Assembly (NCBI RefSeq): GCF_018977255.1
Contig: NW_024704743.1
Coordinates: 113,586,001 to 113,650,000, forward strand
Direction of reading: 5' to 3'
Length of the DNA: 64,000 nt
From: Callorhinchus milii
Taxonomy: Eukaryota
Both the position numbers and the translations under genes were made by a program. The notes under the pieces were generated by a model. It was not told where the DNA came from, searched no databases, and saw only the letters and a program-made list of their open reading frames with translations. This document shows positions 24,820 to 37,755 of this stretch, one piece after another (position 1 is the stretch's first letter; every line of letters begins with the position of its first letter).

Positions 24820-25265
24820 TCTGAGACCTTTGTCCACACTTTCGTCACCTCTCACCTCGATTGTTCAAATGCCCTCCTCACCAGTCTTCCCAGCTCCACT
24901 ATCCACAAAATCCAACTAATTCAGGACTGTCACCCATATACTAACCCGCTTTAAACTCTGAACCCCCATCACATCAGTCCTCATCAGGCTCCACTGGCTT
25001 CCTATCACAGAACAGATCAAAGTCAAGATCCTCAACAAATCCCTTCATGTCCTGGCATCTCCTTACCTCTCCAACTTGCTTACTCTACACTCCACCCCCT
25101 GCCAAATCCATTCAGCTGGCTCTAGCTTCCAGCCACCTTGCCCCCTCCTTCCTCTTTTTCTGATCATGCCTGAAGGTCACCTCCTCCCTCCTGCCACTGC
25201 TAAACCCTCCGAGACACTTATTGCACATGAAGGGTGCTATATAAGTTCAAGTAATTTTTGTTGTT
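24820..25265 (+). mobile_element. L2 LINE 3' fragment, decayed
   Basis: ttcgtcacctctcacctcgattg, ctccactggcttcc and a tail ending (TTG)n. Confidence 0.8.
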
Positions 25266-25629
25266 GGACGTTCATTCACCCACTGCCCAAAATGTAATGA
25301 CTGTTTTTCAGAAATCAGCATTCTATAATGGCAAGTGTATGAGGTACTCAAGGTACAGCCTGACTAGAACATGCATAACTTGAACATAACTTCGAGATAT
25401 CTGAACCAAATTGATTTAGCAAAATAGCCCAGCATCCAAATCAGAAATTCACATCTCCTCAATTGAATTCTTCATTAAATAGCTATCTATTTCTCTCTTG
25501 AACTTTCTGACACAATCTGTCTCTTCCACATATTTATGAATCTGTGTAAAATAATTAAATTTGAACGGTTCTGTGTCTTATTGTTCTAGAATTTGGATCA
25601 GGTTGAATGACGATTTCCTAGAGATCTTT

Positions 25630-26380
25630 TGTATCCAGGAAGGACACTAAAGACATGCCTTCCAACATCTAGCAAACACTGTTTGATCCTAGGACTTTAA
25701 CGTATGTGAGGCTGAGGTTCTAAAGAGGCTCAAGGGTCTAAAAACCAACAGCCCCTGGGATGGATGAAGCGTGCCCCAGTGTACTTAGGGTGTCAAAGCC
25801 GGAGGTTTGTGGAAAAACAAGGGAGTCAATCACCACTAAGAAGGCAGGAAACAAGCAAATGTGATTCCCATATTTAAGAAAAGTGATAGAACAGCACCTG
25901 GAAACTGCAGACCCATTAGCCTGAACCTTAATAATTGGAAATATGATGGAGGCAATCATCAGAAGTTATATTTATTATTATTATTTATTATTTATTTATT
26001 GTTATTATTATTATTATATGGAAGGTTACTTGTGAAAAAAATCTAATAAGCCAACATTGATCCAAAAAGAGTAAACCTTGTATCGATTAATGTGGAAATG
26101 CAGACCCAGAATCAGATAGTTAGGGTTTGCAGGTGACAGGGGAAATTGCAGAATCAACGGAGGCAGCAAAGGTATTACAAAGAGCGCTAGATAGGGTATA
26201 CATTTAAGCTGATAAATGGCAGATGATTTCAACGCAGATGAATGAAAAGTACTGCATGTAGAAAAGAAAGAATAGGAAACGAATGTATCCGTGGATAGGA
26301 TAGAACTTGCTAAGTGGGAAGGTAATGGAGGTCAAGGGGTGTTAGTTGATTTATTACTCATAATATTCAAACTGTGTGAG
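25630..26380 (+). mobile_element. CR1 LINE fragments, decayed
   Basis: VIPIFKKSDRTAPGNCRPISL-like ORF at 25861 and a aaatggcagatgatttcaacgcag (KWQM-FN) motif. Confidence 0.7.
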
Positions 26381-27819
26381 GCAACAATAAGCACAGATTT
26401 CTTTTTAGAACAAGCAGTCAGATGTAACTATTTTCTGAATAGTTCATTGAAATGTGATGGGGCTCTTAAAAAAAAGTCTTAACTGAATTGACCCATGAGG
26501 GTGCCACCGTTGTAAAAGCCTTTCATCAATATTCAAGTGGCTCAACGTGCTAGTTTAGCAAAATTAGTTAAGCAAAGTTAAACGGGTGAGGGGATGGGTG
26601 AGCGGGCTGGAGCCGTTCATAGTGGAATTGTTTTGCTTTCGGGAGCTGTGTGTTGATTCCCGGAGTGTTGTGCATGCACGTACTATCTTGTGTTTTCATA
26701 GGAATTCAATGTAGCTGATCATTGTTTTAGTTTATTTACACACACATCACATTGAATATTTGCATCATATTGAAAACACTATTATTATGCAAAATACTAA
26801 TTATTAGCAATAGGTGTAGAGTAGGTGTAGATAAGATGTGAAAATCAATTGCAACTTTAAATTGAAATAAATCACTTCTAATTATCACTACGTATTGTTT
26901 CATTATTTTGCAGAGTATAGCAACTTATCAGTTGACAACATCTTACTGCTTGCTGAAATCTGATGATGAATACACCTTCAATTTACATTTAATTCATCTG
27001 GAGGAGAGTGGGACAAAATTATTAGTAGTTAAATGTTTTCCTTTGATATAAAATTATTAGCACATCTATTTAATCAGATTTTTTTCAATTTCATCAGGCA
27101 TCTTAGAAACTCTGTGAAATTCATCTTGAGGATGCATTTATTCCTAAGTGTCCTATATTACATTACCACACAATATAGAGTCGCAGACTGCAACAGATGT
27201 TTATGTGTAATTCAATTAACACTCTACCAATTTAGTTTATATTGGAACATAATCAATTTTTATTCATTTTAAAAAGAGTATACTTTATGCACTTTCTATT
27301 GATTACAGAATTAAGGAAATTATTCTGGTGTTTGTAAGAAAATTGCAATGTTTAGGCATGGTTTAATTGGAACAGGTATATTTCAGTAATTGAATAATGG
27401 TTAATTGAGTAGATGCATGATGTATTTTTTGAGTGGGGGAAAGAAACAGTACATAATGAGTACTGAACATAATGAGAAATAAAAAATGCAAGATCTTGTT
27501 TTCTTGCTCACTCAAATTAGAATTTCAGTCTAGATAGACTGTGAGCTCAAAGTCCCTGTGTGTGCTTGAACCACAAGCTTCTTACTCAGATGAGAGTGTT
27601 ACCAACTGGCCCAGCCTGACATCTTGCTGTCCTGCCAAGAATATCAAACAAACTTGAAGATAAGAGCAGCATATGAATGGCTAGTTGTAAAGTGCAAATA
27701 TAATAATGGAAAGGATGCAAAAAGTGTGTGTTGGAGTACTGCTGGAGTCTAAACAGCTAAAACTGCATAGCTGGTTAATTGAAAGCACTGTCACAAGCTT
27801 TCTCGCTGCTTGTCCGTTA

Positions 27820-28560
27820 GGGCTTTGGCTTTTAGGGTTAACGGGAGCTGAGTGGGAAGAGTCGCTGCCCCCAGTGACTGATCTCAGTGCTGTTTCATAT
27901 CCTGCAGATGAGCCAGACTGGCTGGGCTCAGAATTGCCTTGGAGTACTGTGGATCCTCCTCGCTCAGGAACTGCCATAAACAGTGGACTACATTCTGACA
28001 TTCCGTTACTATCAGTAAATTACATTTGTATCGCACCTTTCACGTCAGGAGGACATTCAAAGCGATGAACATGTCACCTTGGAGCTAGTCCAGCTCCAAG
28101 GAGACCCCGCTTACTCCCCCCACCACCCCAACACCCAGGAGTATAGTCAATAGTTGGTTATTCTGTATTTGACAAGAGTGTGTTTGAACCCTCACGAGGT
28201 GGATGGCACGTACCAGGATTTCCCAGAAAATTTTCTGGTGGGGATCTTAGCTCAGCATGAATTGTGTGAGAGTATTGCCACCATTTTCCTGTCTAGCTCG
28301 GATGCACATCCCTTCCCATTAAGCAATGGTTCCACCAGTTTGAGGTGCAGAGCTTCAGCAGCAGCTGCTTATCACTCTGCAAATCAATCAGTGCGGATTC
28401 CAAGTCCTGGTTGTATGAACGTGTGTTCATGAACTCGGACTGCAGGTAACGCCTTCCACCAGTTGTCGCCCCAAGCCTCAGCAGCTATCTGATAAACATC
28501 TATCATCCATGGAGGTGGAGGTCCTTTGCAGGTCAGCTTGATGTTCTCAAGGTCCAAATC
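27820..28560. repeat. Unclassified interspersed repeat, longest copy (segments A and B joined)
   Basis: It contains both shared segments in tandem, with a short L2-tail insertion at ~28015-28068. Confidence 0.7.
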
Positions 28561-28802
28561 CAATGTTAAATATTCTGTAGCTTTTGTTTTGATATATTTG
28601 ACAATTGAGGCTGTTAATGGAGAACTGAAAATAGAATGATTGGACGGAGTCTATCAAAGGAGGGTTTTGCATGATCTGTAGAGAAGCATGCTCAATATGC
28701 TGAATGGTCTTTTATTTCATTTTTTCTTGTACTATTATGCTTGCCAGAATGACTCCAGATACTTATTTGCCTTTCACTGTTTCAAACATGGCTGGAGGCT
28801 TT

Positions 28803-29122
28803 GTGGAGTCCTGTAGCTCAGTGGTTAGAGCACTCGCTTTGCAAGCGAGAGACCTGAGTTCAATTCCAGTCAGAGGGCGAAACCTTGGGCAAGTTTCCTT
28901 ACTCCACATGTCTAACAATAATCCCTCCAAAACCAAAAACAATAATAAAATTGGTCATTTTCAATCTACGACTGTTTGTGGGACATTGCTGTGCGCAATT
29001 GGCTGCCGCGTTCGCCCACAAATATACAGTCAATTCACTTTACAGTGTGTTCTGTGAAGCACTTTGGGACGTCCTCCCGACATGAAAAGCGCTATATCAA
29101 ATGCAAGGAATATTATTATTAT
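28803..29122 (+). mobile_element. Full-length tRNA-derived SINE, short subfamily
   Basis: Intact A and B boxes, CTCGC-TT-TGC-AA-GCGAG anticodon arm, CCTCCCG tail loop. Confidence 0.95.
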
Positions 29123-31832
29123 CATTATATTATATTAACCTTGAGGCACCTAAATGTTCGTAGCAGCCGAATATTTATTTTTTAAATTTGTGAAATAACT
29201 CCATTAGTGTACAGTTAATGAAGTGACTTTCTGTAGGCATTTATACTTCTTATGGAATATAGTTACTCCACTTTACACTAAATCCTGTGAAGCATTTTGA
29301 AATGTCCTCTTAATAATAACAATAATAACCTTTGTGTTTGACATAGCGCCTTATCACACCGTTGAGACGTCACAAAGCGCTTTACAGAATGTATTGAATA
29401 GGGGATTGACTATTTTGTGGGCGTAAAGAATGTTAAAGGCACTATTTTAAATGCAAGGATTATTATATTTGTACAGCTAGAAGGTTTATTGTGTTATCAA
29501 TTATTAAATACTGTTGTAAAACGGAAAGAGAAATTGTATTTGGAAGAGATACTTTTTTTGCATTGTTCTTCCATAACATATGGAATTGTTATAGCCAACG
29601 TGAAATTGCTGAGACTTCTAAAAGCTCTCCAAGTAGAACAGTGTGGTAGGGCAATTTGTAGCCTTTTTCTCTTACTTATTTGACATAATCAGGACTGTTG
29701 TGGAAACTAACCATGCACCGCCACCAGTGCTGCTGATATTTATAGCTCTTAACAGTGTTCATTTTTTGAAGGTCCCTGCAGGCAAGATGAGAGCCCGCCA
29801 TGTTCCATTTTCTCAGGTTCATTAACATTTACCATCAATGAGGTTGGAAACTATAATGAAAATAGCTAAGGTATGTTGGTTAAGAAAATTCTTGAACTTA
29901 AGCAGGCGGAATATTAAATAAATATCAGAAGCAGTGTTAAACCCTGATTAATAGGGTATAGTACTTTTTTTACTGCTCACACAAGTTTCTCCTTGCTTTC
30001 TTTATTGAACTGGCAAATTGACTAATGCATTTTAAGTCACATGCACGATTTAGCACAATATTGGAAAAGGCATACCAGTGTTTTTTAGAGAAAAAAAACG
30101 AATCTAAAAAGAGCAGTCAGACTTTTTAATGAACAGTTGAATGGACCCCAAATGAAAACCAGATGTTCTTTGTTAATTTTACTGGATAGTTTTCCATTTC
30201 AGGATAGGTGAGTGGTCTGTACTTTTTGAATGTAAAAAGCAAAGTAGTGGTCATGGGAAAGACAAAATGGAAAATCCTTAACAAAGCCTTTTATTTATCT
30301 ATTTCTTATATTTCATTTCTCCACTTTTATGCTGTAATCTGGTAAGATTTAATAAAACTCACATAATGCTATTTGCCTATATACTTTTAATGCAATTCTG
30401 CCCTGCCTAGTAAACGAGTAAAAGTAAAGTTTGTTGGGATGAAAACTAAATACTGAAGGAAATGGATATTACTCATGGTTTTAAATTAGTTATGTCTGGG
30501 ATGAATACTTGGCGAGTCTGTAGCTGTACTCTAGCTAGATTTTCTCTACCTATGAATAATAGCAGATTTTTTTTCTTGTGTAATTGAGAGTAATTTTGTT
30601 AAATTTAAAAATCTCACTTTTGTAAATTGTTTCCAAACTTCTTTTTTCAAAGGATGCTTTCTAATCTGTTCAAGCCATGGGTTTTCAAATATATTAAATT
30701 AGAACATTTCAAAAAGTATGAAAACGGACATGGTTGGATAATGGTAGACCTTATTTATTAAGATGATTTAAAGCATACATATGAACATTACCATCAATAA
30801 TACTAAGATTGGACTTGATGCCTGAGAAAGGAGCTCAGCCCAGTTTCTGCCTTATCCTAGGAAATCATCTTGGACCAGGTGGAAAAAATAGCATCCCTAA
30901 TTTCTCTGTAGGAATCTAAAAATAGAAAGCAAAACCAGGAAGGTTCAGCAATAGAGTTGAGATGAGGACACATTCCTCCAGACCAGCTAATGCTTTCCCA
31001 ACATCCAGACTTCCCCATTCCCAGGTTCCTAAAGAAAAATACTGAACAAATTTTAAACTAGATCTTCTGCCTTCACTGAAAATCCATCAGGTATGGTGGG
31101 GAGAGAGCATGGTGTTGTTGATGTACTTTGTTCAATGTTCTGTTGAGATAGAACAAAGAAGTGCTGTACATTGACAGTGCTACTACATCAAATTGTCTGA
31201 TGCATTCACCTCAAAAATACACACTTTAGTTTTTTGTTGAAGCAGTTTACCATGTCTCGAAAATGTGATGAGGCACTATATCAAATGCAAAGATTATAAA
31301 TATAATTTATTAATTAACTACTGAAACAAGTTGCCAGGATGAGTGGTTGAGGGGAGGACAGCTTGCCTAAAAAAACAACTTGATGCTGTGATGGGAATCT
31401 ATGATGGTAAGGTGGGTATGTAATAATAATCCTTGCATTTGATAGAGCACCTTATCATGTCATCCGGATGTTTCAAAGCGCTTCACAGGAATTTACTCTA
31501 AGGTGTAATAAATGTGCATTTGTAGGCGTAAGGTGAAATGGGACAAAATGCCTTCTTCATCCAAACAAACTGTGATCTTGTGATTTGCTGCATGTGACTT
31601 CATGGTAATACCCGAAAAAAGCATTCCTGAACAAGACACATTACTTCACAAAAGCTCAGTATTCAGTAATACCCCGGCTAGCTGGACTAATGGGGAGATT
31701 CGGTCTGGGGAACTGGAATTTCACGGCTAAGTGTAATTATAATGCTGGTTTGAAAAATGTGGGTATTGGCATTGTAATTGTTTGAATCACATGAGTGAAA
31801 GATAGAGAATAAGATGTCGGGATTCAAGCAGT

Positions 31833-31980
31833 CTAATAATAATAATCCTTGCATTTGGTATAGTCTTCGAGACGTCTCAAAGCGCTTCAAAGAAAATACT
31901 ATAAAGTGCATTAACTGTATATTTTAGTGGGCGAAATGCAGACAATTGTGCATACCAGTGTCCCACAAACAGTCATGGAA
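31833..31980 (-). mobile_element. 5'-truncated SINE (other tail remnants at ~29313-29420, ~31240-31300 and ~31421-31530)
   Basis: Reverse-complement family tail and body. Confidence 0.8.
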
Positions 31981-32221
31981 TTTTTTATATATATATATAT
32001 GTCCCTAGCTGGAATGATGGTGAGGCTGCTCAGTGCACATTGGCAAACACAAGGAGAATGGGACCAGTGGGAGTTTTCACGCGTGTGGGCCTCTGGATTT
32101 TTTTTTAATTTTGGGATGACAGGCTTGGTCTGGCTAGCTTCGAATTCCGAGCCAGGAATTTCCATATTGTTAAAAAAAGTCACAACAAGCTGAACACCTA
32201 CTCTAATAGATTGGGTACGGT

Positions 32222-32826
32222 TGGAGGAGGGCAATGTGGCAGAGGTGGAGGAAGGCGGTCCCACTAAGGTTGATGAGGGAGAAGAGGCAGTGGAGGAATA
32301 TGGCATGGTCGACTGTATCAAACGCAGAAGGGAGATCCAGGAGGATGAGGAGGCTGAGGGTGCCCTGGTCACAGATAGAGAAGACGTAATTTGTGACTTT
32401 GACAAGCGCTGTCTCTGTGCTGTGGGCAAGGCAAAAACCAGACTGAAGGGGCTCGAGGAGGGAATGGAGGAACAGGTGTGACTGAAGTTGACCTGCAACA
32501 ATGCATTCCAGGACTTTGGCAAGGAAGGGCAGGTTGGAAATGGGGTGGTAGTATGAGAGGTTAGAGGGATCGAGGGTGGGTTTTTTGAGGAGGGGTGTGA
32601 TTACAGCGGTTTTAAGAAGTGGAACAGAGCCTGAGGACCGTGTCGGTCAGCAGGTGGGAGAGGAAGGGGAGTTGTGTGACTAGCAGCTGAGTGGGCAGGG
32701 GGTCGAGCAGCAGTTGATGAACTTAATGCGGGTAATTGTGGTTGAGAGGGAGGAGGGAGAAATGGGGGCAAAGGAGTGACAGGCAATGGAAGGGGGAGTG
32801 ACAGGAGTCATGGCGGAGTGAGAAGG
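32222..32826 (-). mobile_element. L2 LINE, RT N-terminal part
   Basis: Collinear with 2770-3100 (ctctgtgctgtggg, ccaggactttgg, ggttggaaatggggtggtag). Confidence 0.88.
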
Positions 32827-33439
32827 TGTTAGAAAATAAAATCAGCCATCATCTGTTTGCAACCGGATATTAGACCTTTCCTTTATTATTATTCGTTATT
32901 CCCCAGTTTCCCAATGGGTCAGACCAAAGGCTGATACAATCAATGGATCTTGTAACAGAACAATACCACCGTAGATATCTTGAGTTCAACACTGTGTCTT
33001 TACAGCACACAAGCTTGATTCTTCATGCTTTCAGTCTTCTTGCTTACAGCTTTCAATCTTCCATCTGATAACCTCAGTCCTAGTGTTTCTAGCTCTCAGT
33101 CTTCCATCTTCCGTACCCTTGTCTCTGCGGCCCGGGATGGCCCCATTCACAAAGTTAATGGAACTCTTATACCGATGTTCGTCCAGTCATGTCTCACATA
33201 CCACATCACGTTATCTCAGTCATGTCCAGTTCACGTGATCACCTCGTGGTGTGTACATGCAGCAGCACACATATTGTCCTTGAGACACTCAGGTGATCTT
33301 GAGTGTCAATCATGGGTTTCAGTCCTGCCCACGAGTTCCCGTGGGGGTGTCCGGTTGGCTTATACTTAATCTAAAAGTTAACCCGTTCGCAACATCAACT
33401 TATGACTTTAACATTATACAAAAAATATAAATTCTAACA
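32827..33439. mobile_element. Solo LTR (613 bp) with a 4-bp target-site duplication, inserted in L2
   Basis: It begins TGTTAGAA and ends TTCTAACA (perfect 8-bp inverted termini, TG…CA). AAGG is duplicated at 32823-32826 and 33440-33443. Confidence 0.8.
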
Positions 33440-34505
33440 AAGGTGGTGTTGATAGTTTGGGTGGGATGAAAGGGGACATGGGGTGAGGACAGATGCAGCT
33501 AAGCGGATGTTTTCAATTTTTGAGGTGAAGAAATCAAGGACCTCTTCGCACTTGGCATTTGATATGAAGATAGAGGGGTCTTGAGGGGGTGCATGGAGGA
33601 GATGATGGACAGTGGAAACGGTTATCTTTAGTTTGTTTTTGGCCTCCAGATGACTTTGGAATAAAAGTCAGTTTTGGCCTGTGAAAGTGAGAGACAGTAG
33701 GTGCGGGGGTGCTCGAACTACAGATAGCAGTAAATTGTGCGGCTGGATTTCTGCCATCTACGCTCAAGCGTCCGAGTTTGGGTTTTAAGTGACTGTTGTA
33801 CCAAGGGGAACGGATGGATTTGGAAACAGCTCTGGATTTCAGGGGAATCACGGAATTAAATGTTGTGGAGAGACAGTCATTCAGCAGCTTGATGGTTTCA
33901 TCAGGATCTCTGCGAGTGGAGGGCCAGAGAAAGAGGAGGTCTGAGGAAGAGGGAGCATTTATGAGGGACTCAGGGGGAATATTCCAGGGGTGGAAAAATA
34001 TGGTGGAGGGTTTGGAAGAGGGGGGTTGGGAAGCGGGAGGAGAGGGAGATCAGGAAGTGGTCCGAGATGGCCTTGTCTGTGATGGACAGGTTGGAAATGT
34101 CAAGGCCATGTATGACGATGAGGTCGAGGGGATGGCCATGGTTGTGGGTCGGTGAGTTGCTGTGGAGGGTGAGGTTTAGGGAGGAGAGGAGGGCAGTGAA
34201 ATCCGACGAGGTGGGGCAAGGGGAGTTGGGATGGAGGTTGAAATCATGAACAGGTGTTCAGTGTAGAGGAACAGGGATGAGAGAAGAGAGGAGATATCAG
34301 TGCGGAAGGAGCCAGGAGGTTTGGGGGCGGTAAACTAGGAGAGTTCTGAGGGAGAGAGAGGAGGGATGGTAGAGGGTGATGTGCTCAAAGGAGGAGAAAC
34401 AGCCGGTGGAATAGGGGGATAGACCAAGGAAAGCTTGGGAGATGAGGGCTATTCTGCCGCCATGCTGATTGGGGAGGAGGGTGTGGTGAAAGTGTAGCCA
34501 AGAAG
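33440..34505 (-). mobile_element. L2 LINE, endonuclease and linker region
   Basis: Minus-strand remnants: GGRIALI, SFEH, LLVYRP, SPWYN. The + strand is G-rich, as in the other minus-strand L2 copies. Confidence 0.85.
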
Positions 34506-35091
34506 GGAAGCTATAGATTGAACTTCGAAAAGATAGATAAAATAACACAAGTGCAAATAAGAATAAATCCACCACCACCAGATTACCATTTATTAGGTAC
34601 TTTTTTCTAAGAAATATTTTTTTTAAAAAGCCAAAACACATACACTTCTTTCTTCTTGGGGAAAATGTTAAATGGTGTAAAATGTTTATATTAAATTTAC
34701 CTTAAATATATTTTAGGTGATAACTACTTGTTTATATAAAGTTAAAAAACTTTGTTTGCACAATACAAATATTAGTGCTAATACTTAACAACAACAATAA
34801 CAACAACAACGTGCATTTATATAGCGCCCTTCACACAGGGCAGCATCCCGGAACGCTCGGTTATCTGCCTAACCAAGCAAAGGACTGTCTTAATTTCTAA
34901 ATGATATATCTTTAAATAAGACTATTACAGTCTCAGGATTGTTAGTAAAGAAATGATGGAAGATTTGATTTTTCTTCAAACAAAGAATTAGGAGAGTGTA
35001 GAATCATTACCACAAGTGGCTGTTAAGGCTTGGCTCAATAGAATTCAAAATAGACTTGATAAGTACCTGAGAAGTAAAAATATCAAGGGGT

Positions 35092-35180
35092 TAATAATAA
35101 AAACTAATAAATAATAAATAATTATAAATAATAATAAATAATTATAATTATAAATAATAAACTAATAAAAACTAGAAAAT
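35092..35180. repeat. AT-rich low-complexity (ATAATAA-type) tract
   Basis: Direct reading of the sequence. Confidence 0.85.
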
Positions 35181-37409
35181 AGGATTGATTATTAAAAAAA
35201 TGAAATAAAAATTAAAGCAATAAAGAAAATAGAAAGGTTGGAACTATGAGTAAGGAGAATCACAAAGAAAATATATATGTATGTAGGCCGGTTGTAATTT
35301 TTATATTCTAAATCCAATTAGATATTTAAATGTTGAAAGTCTAATTACAGAATTAAATCAACATTTAGCACTCTTTTCATATCTCATATTCCTTTTAGTT
35401 CAATGATGTGGTGTTTCACGCTCAGCTAAGCGTAAGAAGTTTTGAATATTGAATATGGCTAGCTAAAATCTTTTAGCCTTCAATATTTGCATATTTGCAT
35501 TTTACCATGGAATTAAATCACTATAATAGAACTGAGAAGGAAGTGGTTAGAATTTGAATGTAGAAAGTGGATTATCACCACTTTTTACTAATTTAGTTTT
35601 TGATTGATGTGAATTTATTTTACATTTAAAGCCATGTTCCTGTTGGTCAGTTTAATTTCCTTCTATAGTGTGATCACATGATAGTTTAATACAGAATCAT
35701 TTGCGATCAATAAGTGGACCTTTATTGTAGAACTAAATATTTTGGGTATATCAAAAATCCAGTTTTGCATGCTGTACTGTGTGAATATAGCAGAATCTTT
35801 GCTTTGGATGATTTATGGCAACATATAAGTGACATAAGTTGATTAAACAACTAAAACTTTACATATAAGAATTGTGGAATTGAATTCTTTGTTTAGTGCT
35901 TATGGAGATTGAACACAAAACACAGCCAGCTCAGAAGGATTACTAATGTGCCCCACATGACTGTACTGTCAATATGGTATCAGATGCACAAGGTGAATAC
36001 ATTATAAATATCACTAATTTAATGAGAACCAATGTGATCGGCCATTTTTTTCAAAGTTTGGGGCAGGTTTTTCAATGACATAATGGAAATTGAACTTACA
36101 TTTTTTAAAGTGATTCAACATGCGCAACAACAGTAAGGTGGGTCTATGTACATCAACAGAACAGACAGTGACTTTTTCGTTTATGGTTTTAGCAATTTAT
36201 TACGAAGTGTTTTGTAAGCACTGATGAGATGACAAGTTAACATTGATCTGCCCTTTTCCCTTGCCTCAGAGGAATCTATTAAATAATGCATAAACCTTAT
36301 GTGCATTAATGCACTCTACCATCCCTAAATCATTAGCTGAGAGTATTGGCACCAGCATCTTTCATCCCTCAGAAACCCTTTGGCTGTCATTTAATTAAAT
36401 TATCCTAAATGAAAACTTCCATAATGAGATTAATTTTAATTATTTATTAGGGACTGATTTGTGCTTGGAAGCTCATTAATTATGTATACTCTGGCCTAAA
36501 CATTTTTTCAATCCGACATCCTTCTCTTTTATAGAAGGCGGACTTGAATAGCTACTAATGGTTTAGAGGTGATAATATACAGTATATGTAAATGTATAAA
36601 GTAAAGTACAAGTAACCTTTACTGACTACAATGGAATTTCATTTGGAAATGTGAAGTGGGGATGGGAGGGGGGTGCAATAATAAAAGCAATTTATAATTT
36701 CAGGGATTGTTCAGAGATTTCAGTTGGAAAGTTTGCACTTGAACTTCACTACATCTGCTTTGTTGTCAAAACTAGTTGCAATATCTGCAACATAATACTG
36801 TTAATCAGAAAAAAAATTCTCACAAAAAAATTTGCTTTTGCTGAACATGACATTATTTGTCTTCATTTAATATTTTTATGGATTTATATATCTGTATCGA
36901 GGTTAAAAGTCAAAAGTTAAATATTTTAAAATAACTTTAGTGTAGGTAAACTAGCCTTTATAAACAAGGTACTTTAGTTCTTTGTGGAGATTAATTAATG
37001 ACAAATTTTATTCCAAAGTAATTGCAGCTGCGTTTTTAATGATTAAATCTGATTATTTACAATTCAACCGTTAAACTTTTCATCATCCAAATTTGTGCAA
37101 CAAATCCAAGTAATAAACTTGTTTAATATTTTTTGCATGTATTATCAACATTGCAAAAATAGCACGAATGTCAATAAAATTGTGTGAGGTGCAACTTTAT
37201 CAACGTTCATCAATAGGTAATTAATTATTCAGCTTTAGTTTAGGATGGTTCCAGACAGTATTTCAACAAGCTTGCCATTTTAGAAATTGCATAATCATCA
37301 ATGTGCTGGCTCATTTTTCAGTCGTAAATAGAGTGCAGTCCTGACTTTGATGCATTAACTTTAAGCAAAAAGTTAGCACTGTCAGACTTGATATAGATTA
37401 TAGTGAACA

Positions 37410-37755
37410 TACAAAAAAATTGACTCACAGTCCAGACAGGTATTCAGTGTCACACTGGGGGAGCTCTGCATTGTTGGAAGTGCCATTTTCCAGGTGAGGC
37501 CTTTCTGCCTATTCAGGTGGATGTTAAAGAAGCCATGGCACTATTCAAAAAAAGAGGGTGTTTGAGCCAACATTCCTTCAGATAAATTGGTAATTGACTT
37601 CATGGCTATTTGAGGGACCTTGCTGTACATACATTGGCTGCCATGCTTGGCTGGAAATACCCAGTCATTACACTTGACAGTAATTACCTGTGAAATGCTT
37701 TTAGGTGTTTTGACATTGTCGGAATTATATAAAATACAAGGATTCTACTTATTAT
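37410..37755 (+). mobile_element. Old Deu-domain SINE, decayed
   Basis: gcattgttggaagtgcc, ctgcctattcaggtggatgttaaagaagccatggcactatt and attggctgcc motifs. Confidence 0.72.

Noticed and set aside
28803..28875. tRNA-Ala(TGC)-like sequence (also at 6103, 17610, 56410, 61339 and on the minus strand near 13100 and 60130)
   Set aside because: It lacks a proper acceptor stem and always continues into the SINE body. These are SINE heads, not tRNA genes.
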